From assembly GCA_000708835.1 (NCBI GenBank), contig DF237538.1, positions 1 to 52,086 on the forward strand: a stretch of 52,086 nt of DNA, read 5' to 3'. Source of the DNA: Klebsormidium nitens. Lineage: Eukaryota > Plantae > Klebsormidiophyceae. A model generated the notes under the pieces. It was not told the origin of the DNA, searched no databases, and worked only from the letters and a program-made list of their open reading frames with translations. Every line of letters begins with the position of its first letter. Position 1 is the stretch's first letter. The translations under genes and the position numbers were made by a program. Shown here piece after piece: positions 43,497-52,086 of this stretch.

Positions 43497-46400
43497 TTAG
43501 TACATCTGGTTACTCGCAAACCGTTTCTCAAACCGGACCACCTTAACCTCCACGGGGTTCTCGTCGTCGCCCTTCCGGAACGCCGCCACCTCGATCGTCG
43601 TCGCGCCGAACTTCATCCGCACGTCGAATGAGCGCTGGCCACGTGGCAGGTCTTCCATGTCGAGCGAGAACCCAAAGTCTTCTTCCACTCCGTCGTCGTC
43701 CGCGAATCGTGGGTCGCGCTTATCGGTGGTTAGTAAAAAGACGGGGCACTGGGTTTGGTCCAATTTGGACGGCCGGAAGGAGTGCCGGATCTCCGAATCG
43801 ACCAGCACCTGCCAAAAGAGAAAAGCATTGAACGGCCGAATTGGCTCATTGTGGCTCTTCATAAGAGTTGGTTGCTAGTGCTCCAGAAGCACCGAGTCTC
43901 TATTTGTTGAAGGCCAGAGTAATCAGAGTTTGCATGGACAGATTAACTTGCATTTCTGATGACACCTTATACATGGTCGCCCAGAGAAGTGCGCCGGCGG
44001 CCGGTTGACCCATTTTACAAGTGGGCATTAAGGTTGAACAGATTCTGTTGGTTCCTCATATTGTTGTTGATCACGCAAGACGTGTTTAGAATCTGCTCGC
44101 AGAATATCCCATAGGCTATGGGTTGCACTAGAGAAAACCGACATAAACCAGACAAGTCGATATCGAAAAGACGAGATACAGGATGAAAGTACGAAAAACG
44201 AGAGGAAAGCAGATAGAAATACACGAGTCCGTCTAAAGCTACACAGAGAGAGGAAAGAAACAGGAAACAAAGGAGGAGGAGGAAACGAAAAGAGAGGAAC
44301 GAACGAAAGATAAGACGGCACCTGGTCGCCGTTGCGCACGAAAATGTTGAACGAGTTGCTGACGTGGAAGCAGCCGTCCTCGTCGTGGAACCACTTTTTG
44401 TCCTCGGGGTCGCCCGGCCGGAATTCGCGCGCGCACTTTATACCGTACGTCTTGCGCGAGGTGCGCTCCGTGATGATGGACGGGTCCAGCCCGAAGAGGA
44501 CCGCGCCCTGGCAGATGGCCGTGCCTGGAAAAAGGGGTTACAAGGGGTTAAGCTCACTTCGTGAAGGTTTGATTTCTTTAAGAAGGCATCCGAAAAAGCA
44601 GAATTGTGCGGTTGGCAAAGAGGGGATTGAGGAGTACCGCGAACGGCAAGCCGAGGCGAAGTCTGTCTCTGTCAGTCACGCCCGTGTGCAAGAGGCAAAC
44701 AAAAGGTTCATGCGGGGTCAAACCTGGGCAAGTGCGTAAAAGTTTCTGAGAAACAATAGGACGCTTCATAGGGTTTGAGATGGTTTGAACGTTTTGATCT
44801 GAAAAACACTCAAAGCCAGCGCCTGCGTTCACCCCTTACCAAGCCCTTGGTCTTTTTCCATTCCAAACATCCATCTTGTCTCCTGTAGACTTTCTCATCC
44901 AACTAAAACAACTCTGACCTGGCTCCGGCGGCGTGACTATGTTGGCTACCCGGTGCGCGAATGTCTCAGTCACGCGCTTGATGAGGTACGGCGACTGGGA
45001 GAACCCCCCGACCAGGAAGAGCTGGTCACACTTGGGGCTCGCCGCCAGCTGCGCGTCGATGAGCGCCAAAATCTTATCCAGCGTCGGGTCGAAGATGGAG
45101 CGCAGCTCCGCAGGACTGATGATCAGCCGGTCCCTGCGGAGAGGACGGATTCCGGCGGATAAGTTGGGCGGATTCTGTCGACAGATTGGGGAAAACTTCT
45201 AAGGAGAAGGTCTACCCAGGGTCCGGTAGTTTATGGAGCGAAGCTCCGCAGGGGTGATGATCTGCGCGTAATGATCTGCCAGTCCCTGCGGAAGGAGCGG
45301 ATTCCGCGGATGATGGATAGCAGAATATAACGCCCTGGGTGCGATTTTTGGATCTGGTTGAGCCGCGTTCCCGTCCAGCACTGGGTTGAAGACGAAGCAG
45401 AGCTCCTGATCATCATCAGGTGGATGTTGCACATTACAATAAGGCACAGAGAGCGAAGTGGTAACGAGTTTCTGAAGAAGAGGTACTGAAGTGACTATAA
45501 GGGCCCTTTTGAGGGGACAGTCACTTGAAGATACCATGGCGAGTTTTTGCGAGGAAAGGGTGCAGCATCAAACAAATTAACTGTGCCTTTGCGTCACCTG
45601 ATCCGCAAAACTGAGCGAGTTATGCAATCTCATACTTCTATCAACATCACCCGAGTTCGCCACTGCTTTGAACTGATACTCCAGATAGCTATTGAGCGAT
45701 CTCTCGTCCTCGAAGTGGGTTTCCTGTCCTTGGAATGGGTTACCTGTCCTCCAAGTGGGTTACCAGTCCTCAAAGAGGGTTACCGGTCCTCGAAGTGGGT
45801 TACCTATCTCAAAGTGGGCTACCTGTCGTCGATGAGGGTTACCTGTCCTCGAAGTAGGTTACTTGTCCTCAAAGTAGGTTACTTGTCCTCAAAGTAGGTT
45901 ACCTGTCCTCAAAGTGGGTTAACTGTCCTGAGAGTGGGTTACCTGTCCTCACAGTGGATTACCTGTTTTCTCTCAACGTGGGCTGCCTGTCCTCTAAGTG
46001 GGTTACTTGTCCTCAAAGTGGGTTACCTGTCCTCGAATTGGGTTCCCTGTCCTCAAGTGGGTTAATGTCCTCAAAGTGGGTTACCTGTCCTCAAAGTGGG
46101 TTCCGTGTCCTCAAAGTGATTTACCTGTGTTCGAAGTGCGTTAGCTGTCCTCAAAGTGGGTTACCTCTCCACAAAGTGAGTTACACGTCCTCAGAGTGGG
46201 CTACCTTTCCTCAAAGTGGGTTACCTGACCTCGAACTGACTTACCTGTCCTCGAAGTGGTTTACCTGTCCTCGAAGTGATTTACCTGTTCTCAAAGTGGG
46301 TTACCTAAAAAAAGGCTTACCTGTCTTCAAACACCTCGGAGTCTTCTTTCTCCCACATGGCCGCCAGCCTGGCCGGCAGGTCGAAGACGACCGGGTTGCC

Positions 46401-49400
46401 CGCGCCGTTGAAGCCGCGCTTCTGCTGCTCCCACCACGACATGAGCAGCACCATCTGGCGCGGGTGGGCGTCCAGGAAGCGCTCCAGGCACGGGATGCGG
46501 TCGCCGAGAAACTCCAGGAATGCGCCGTCCACGTAGGTACCCCCGCACAGGTCGCCGCTGCCGCGCGACACCTCGCGCAGCGAGCGGTCCATCTTCTCCT
46601 GCACGATCAGGTCCACCGTGCCGCCGCCCACGTCTGTGTAGAAATTCTGGACTCAGGTGAAAAGCCGACGGGAGTTGGAAAAGTGACTTGAGGTGAGGAA
46701 TGAAGCGGATTACTGGACTGATTTGCCCACATGTCCGGATTGTCAGGTCTGTTGTAATGCCGCCCAGGATTGCAATAGAGGGCTCCGAATGTGAAGACAG
46801 CACAAGAAACAAAATGGGAGCCTTCACTTCTACGTTTGACGATATCGAAACCTGTGCAGAAAGATTTGACGACGCTTTCATTGGTTCAAGCGAACTTAGC
46901 AGGCAGTTGTCAGAATACACCGGTCCTATTTCCAGCAGCTGCAATATACCCGCTCTGTCATGAACATGATTCCACGATTCCACGTTCTCGGAACCCCTGA
47001 CCTAGTTTTCACGGTCGCGTTGCTCCCCCACCCGCGACATACCTTGTGGCGCTTGATTTGTCCTCGCGCGGCCGCTGTAAAGCAAACGAGCCGAAGAAAA
47101 CGTAGAAACCAACGAGCTTGGAACCCACTTCCGATCAGAAAGACGCCGCCGGCTTGAGTGCCCCCTTTGCCGCCGCCATGTGCTTGTCGCAAGGTGAAAC
47201 AAAAGCAGACTGAGACGAGCGGAAAGCAGATTTGGAACCCACACGCGATAAGGAACATCACAAAACCCCCCCCCCGACAGATTGGCGCCTGAAAGACGCC
47301 ACCCATGCCCGCACCAAACTGTTGTAATGTTATCCGCCCAACACGCGCCAAAGTGTCACCAGAAGAACACCAAATTGGACCTGAAGCATATTTGACGACC
47401 AAAAGGCTCGTGTCAATTGGGCGTCACTTAGTCCCTCATAGCATATTCGGTGCCTTTGTTGTGTTAAAGTCTTGTAATGTTTGTTGCCTATCTGGAGCAA
47501 ACCCATTTGGCGCCTATCAGGCGCCAATTTGTCGGGGGGGCAAGTTTGTGATGAAGAGCTCGCCGCGCTTGATCCGTTCCCCCTGGCTGTGTTGCCGCAA
47601 GCAAGTTCAATTGGAGAACGGAAAATTTTAAGAGCCCACCTTGGATAAGGAAGAGGTCGCCTCGCTTGATGCCCGCCGCGGCGCCGCCATGTGTTTGTTC
47701 GAGGTAAAAATAAGCAGAACTCAAGCGGAAAGCAGATTTGAAGCTCACCTGCAATCATAATCACGTCTACGCGCTTGATCCCCCCCGCGTGGCCGCGTTG
47801 TGTTGTGGCCAGGCAAAATTAGTACGGAACGAGCAGGAGTTCACCTGCGATGAGGAAGACGTCGCCTCGCTTGATCCTCCCCGGCGCAGCCGCCCTGCGT
47901 TTGTCGTAAGAGGGAACTAGAGCATGAAAACAAGAGAAGACGACATATGAGCCCACCTAAAATCAAGAAACGTCCCCACGCTTGATTTCCCCCCCTGGCG
48001 GCCGCCATGTGTTGTTGCAAGTTGAAAGAAAAGCAGAATAAGTCAAAAGAGTAGGCGTTTTCATTTGAAGCCTACCTGCGATCAAGAACACGTCTCCGCG
48101 CTTGATCCCCCCTCGCGCAGCCGCCATGTGTCTGTCGCAGTAGACGGCGGCCGCCTCGGGCTCGAGCACGATGAGCAGCGGGTGCGGGCTAGCGCCAGGG
48201 CCGATCAGCCCCGCCGCCTCCGCGATGCGTTTCATCTCTTGCTTCGCGGGCTCCTCCCATATGGCGGGCACCGTCAGGCACCACTGGATGTCGGACTGCG
48301 CGAAAAACGGTTGTGACAATGGGTGCGTCATCTTTTTGGTGCCTCAACTTATTTCGGAGTTCAAGATCGTCAGGGTAACTTTCCCAAATGATAAACTTAA
48401 ATCCAATTGTACTACGTTTCATCCACAATCTCCTCCCAAATGGCGGGCACCGTCAGGCAACCACTGGATGTCGGACTGCGGGGACAAAAGGCTTTGGATT
48501 TACCTTCTCAAAATATTTGCGTCAACTGCGACTCTAAAATTGAGAAGCGATCCTGGTCATGAGGATAAGATTGAAGGGGATACGCGTGTTATCTGTGAGT
48601 TTCCAGGCGCCAAAGCTGATGCGAAGCCTCGTACTTGAATCTATGGGGGAGAAGTTGTGTCGTCTTGAAGTGGGAACCCTGACGAGAAGCCTACTCGCAG
48701 CTTGGAAGGAGGCCCTAATTTTGGGTTTCGAGCCCGCTGGAGACTGGCAAGAGAAAAGGAATGAAAGGCCCCGAGTCCTGACATACTTGCCCACCTAAAA
48801 GGTGGGCAAGTCCGACGTACTTTCCCAATTTAGCTTGAGTCTCAGTCAGCTGTTGACCAATACTTCTATTCCGAAGGAACACCCCCATATTCATCAAGTA
48901 CTAAAAGCGGAACTACCCCCCACCTTCTCGATGCACGCCCCCTGCAGCTTGGCCCGGATCTCATTAGAAAGCTTTTCTTCACTGTCTATACTCAATTAAC
49001 CACCCGCTTGTTCGCAGACGAATGAAAAAGCAATAAAATTACCTTTCTGATGTAAGCCCCCAGCTTGGCCTGGATCTCCTTGACGGCCATAGCCCCCATC
49101 TCGGCCAGGTACTCCGACAGCACGCGCCGCACTGTCAGCCCCTCTGGCAGCTGCAGCCCCTCCCCCGCGAAAGCATACTCCGCGCTCGCCAGGTGCAGCT
49201 TCACTCGGCTCAGCATCACCTGCACCAAAAATCTCGTATCACTAGTTGCCCTCCGTTCGGTTTGTGAAGCAATCTTAGCAAAGCCCGTCGGGCAAAGGAA
49301 GCTAAGTTTTTTTCTACCTCAATTCGGACCGTTAGCTGGCCCTCGGTTCCATCAAGCGTCGCTCGTAACGAGATCCATCTGATTCTTTCTCCTGAAAGCG

Positions 49401-50033
49401 TCGATGGTCTTAATGACAAACGTTTTCCAGAATCCGAAGGCTCAGCAGAGATCATGAGCCTTTCCACCTACTTTGAGATCGAAGAACCGTCTAAACTGTG
49501 AATCGGACTCTCGTTACCTGAACTCTGTTTTGCCTGACACATCCGACCAGGCCCTCTGCATTCGACATACTGAAGAAGTTTGAAGCCTGAGCTCGGGCTG
49601 GAATTTGCACCTACTTTCTGCAAAAAACCATTTCGACGCCTGTTTGGAGGATTCAACAAACATAATCAAGAGCATAGGCAGGACTATTTTTCTGGGACGT
49701 CTTGTCATGGTCACCCTACCTGCCGCCCCTCCGCGGTGTCTTGCCCCGGTCCCAAGTAGTCCAAGTGCCGCAGCATAGCGGGGTATCCGATCTCCAGCAA
49801 CTTCCAGCCACCCCCCGGGGAAGTCTCCTGGTAGAGAGACGTGGTGGAAGTTTTGCAATAAGGGCGACCGATCGCCTCCACCTGCCCCGGCCAGTTGTAT
49901 TCGCCGTAAACGTTCCCGGGTCGCGCCGGTAGGCGTAAAAGAAGCCGGAGTACGTTGTCCCGAGGTCGATCGCGGCGACCACCGGGGAGGGGGCCAGGCT
50001 CACGGTCTCCAGAGCGCGCCGCGCGTCTTCCAT
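43497..50033 (-). CDS. Hsp70-superfamily actin-like ATPase, HSPA12-like subfamily (about 584 aa if one frameshift is corrected; possible pseudogene or assembly error)
   Basis: Exons 50033-49720 (AIDLGTTYSGF...PYCKTSTTSLY), 49219-49043, 48295-48076 (WCLTVPAIW, LEPEAAAVYC), 46633-46321 (DVGGGTVDL, CGGTYVD), 45133-44919 (FLVGGFSQSPYL), 44524-44322 (GAVLFGLDP...SRKTYG) and 43808-43497. Exon 1 is 314 nt, one base short, with the shift at ccg gga acg (about 49912). Confidence 0.85.
45705..46310 (-). repeat. 20-bp minisatellite, about 30 copies, consensus (+) AAAGTGGGTTACCTGTCCTC, in Hsp70-like intron 4
   Basis: Head-to-tail degenerate units without spacers. The gene-sense unit is GAGGACAG|GTAACCCACTTT, versus the adjacent real donor GAAGACAG|GTAAGCC at 46321/46320. 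Confidence 0.95.
47025..48020 (-). repeat. Degenerate tandem array (about 8 units, roughly 100-bp period) of the Hsp70-like exon 3 3' end plus donor
   Basis: Variants of (+) ctacctgcgatcaagaacacgtctccgcgcttgatccccc...gccgccatgtg near 47040, 47125, 47235, 47545, 47635, 47745, 47845 and 47960. Confidence 0.85.
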
Positions 50034-51518
50034 TTTGACAGCGAAAGGGGTGGCTTTCTCCGGGTGTGGAGACCTGAAGTCTGTGTTCGAATGTAAAAGG
50101 GTGTGACTTTCTCCGAATGTTGTACCAAAAGTCTGTTTTCAAATGACGAACTTGAATGAGTTACCTTGAACGGTGACGCTTCCAAGAATTTGTGCAATCT
50201 ATGTACTGTCTTCTTTTTACATTCCTAGGTTTTCGTCCTTCTGTGCTCCGAATTAGAACAGCTTCGGTGCTCTATGGAAGTTATCCGACTTGCGAATGAA
50301 CCCGTTTTCCTTCTTTGCTGTGGAAGAAAGGTGTTCTGGTCACTTTCGGGTCAGGATCGCCTGGCAGGTCAGACTTTCTTCCTCAGACTTTCTGTGACGT
50401 GACGTCTCTTCAATGGAGGCGCCTTTCCTTCAAAATGTTCCTTTTGGAGGAGCGCCTTTTGGAGGTAGAGTGCTGGGGTTTCCTTCAAACTGCTGAACTA
50501 GGAGCGGAAAGGACACTCCCTTTCGAAGCCGGCTTTGAGAAGTTGAGTTTGGTGAGCGACTCCAGTTCTTGTCACGTCAATCACAGCAGGATCCAGTCCG
50601 AAGATGCAGACACTGATCGTATGAGCGGGTACTCCGAGTCCAGAACATGTTCAATACAATGTGTGTGAGTCAAATCGCTGGCGTTACTCGTGCACTTTCA
50701 GGTCACACTCCCATTAATAGCCGTATGGAAATAGCCGGATCGAAACCCCCTCGTTAGAGTAAAACCGAAACGGATTGCAGCGCGCCGGTAAGGTTCTTGT
50801 TTCTACCTACTCTCGGTGGGCCCTCGAAAGTCGCGATTATAGCCGTTTGCTTTTGGGACGTCAACTGCCCTCGGACTCTCCAAAGGTAGAAATTAAGAGA
50901 GGATCAATGCTAAGATTACGGGGTGAGCATCCAACCTGTATCGAAATTCGGTTGTCCCATCATGCTCTGTTTCCTGGTCCCGTCAATGAATCTCAACTCT
51001 GTTTCGTCGCGCAAATGAGCATCTTTTACACGTCACATCCAAGCCGTGGTCATGTCAAGGATTCCCCCTCGTCGTTTTCTCTCTCGGAGATTTCGGGAGT
51101 CGTGACCGTCGCAGTGCTGACTGTAAAACAAAAGAGTTCCTTGATTTGACGAGAACTTGTGATAGAAGAAGCTGTTTGTGCAATCCCCTGGGAAAACCAA
51201 AGCGGATTTTGTGACCGAAAAATGTGCACCTAGGCCAAAGTTCGAGGTGTTCCACTCCGTTGAATCAAAACGAGGTAGCTTCGTCGACGTGCAAGAGGTT
51301 AGCTTCCGAAGAGAGAACCACCAGCTGTTGCGGTAAATTCCTCGCAATCGAAGAGCCAGTCCCCAGAGACAAATGTCAACAGCAGATTGCTCTCGAAGAG
51401 GCACGCTAACTTTTCTTGAAACAAGAATCCCTGAAGTACCTTGCGCCCCCTTGATGACTAGATGACTGAAATTCGTCACTAGCAACACTTCACTGCTCTC
51501 GGCGTCCCCCAGGTTTAC

Positions 51519-52086
51519 ATGGGCGGAGGACCCAGCCGGGGGAGCTCCGACGAGAGTGCTTCTTCCTTGGAGGACCCATCAAGCGACAGCGTCCTGGTTG
51601 TGAGAATGAACCGGCAAGGGAGAGACGGCTTGTACCATAACCAGGGATACAACTACGGCTACAGAGGGGGAGCTGCTTATCCAAATGTCTCCTCCAGGAG
51701 AACCAGCTAGTATTCAGGTGGCAACTATAACACAGGTTCCGGAGCTCACAATGTTGGCGGCAGGACAGGGGAAATCAACCGAGCGAGTCAGGGGCACTCT
51801 GGCGGGGCGGGTTCTCCAAACAATGGGCCGCGGGCGGGGGATGCCCACGTGGCAGGACACGTGGCCCCCTCACAGGGGACAAGCGCGCCCGGCCGCGACT
51901 CGGAGGGTTGGGGTTTAGCACTGGAGAGCGCCGGACAGCAGATAACGGCTTTGAACGGACACGTGGCGTCCATGTACCAGTCCGTCTCGAACACGCTGGA
52001 GAAGCTACAGGAGGCGCGCGAGGAGATGCTGACGTCACAGGCGGCCGCGGCCGCGCGCGAGGCCGACGCCTTCGAGCGGCTCGCGG
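51519..52086 (+). CDS. Partial unknown protein (Gly/Ser/Asn-rich N-terminus, then coiled-coil-like), interrupted by one in-frame TAG
   Basis: One frame reads MGGGPSRGSSDESASSLED...RRTS*YSGGNYNTGSG...HVASMYQSVSNTLEKLQEAREEMLTSQAAAAAREADAFERLA to the window end. The distal part has GC3-rich codon usage; a CCCAG acceptor ends at 51512. Confidence 0.5.

Noticed and set aside
45705-46310. CRISPR-like array
   Set aside because: Units are head-to-tail with no unique spacers, no cas genes are present, and the context is a eukaryotic intron.
45954-46691. 245-aa + strand ORF
   Set aside because: It is the minisatellite translated plus the antisense of Hsp70-like exon 4.

Overview
Intron-rich eukaryotic DNA. 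The gene set and plant-type proteins suggest a streptophyte alga such as Klebsormidium; this is an inference, not a database match. Gene models were built by hand from splice sites and reading phase. From left to right: (1) a secreted protein (-) with a bacterial-type NLITNGGFE carbohydrate-binding-like domain and a Pro-rich stalk, running off the window start; (2) a complete 7-exon, 510-aa myo-inositol-1-phosphate synthase (+); (3) a tandem pair of SCPL48/49-type serine carboxypeptidases (-), one pseudogenised and one intact; (4) WBP11/ELF5 (+); (5) a dirigent/allene-oxide-cyclase-barrel-like protein (-); (6) an HSPA12-type Hsp70-like gene (-) with one frameshift; (7) a partial ORF at the right edge. 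Most notable: (a) the intact carboxypeptidase carries two tandem, intact 131-nt versions of the exon holding the catalytic Asp, which look mutually exclusive and differ at a predicted S1-pocket residue; (b) nearly every gene has decayed 'echo' copies of exon-intron junctions in the adjacent intron, including an ~30-copy 20-bp minisatellite that resembles an amplified 5' splice site and an ~8-copy array of another donor junction; (c) a dispersed MITE-like element with a G-rich telomere-like core and copy-specific complementary arms. Two assembly gaps lie at 4026-4819 and 35006-35025.
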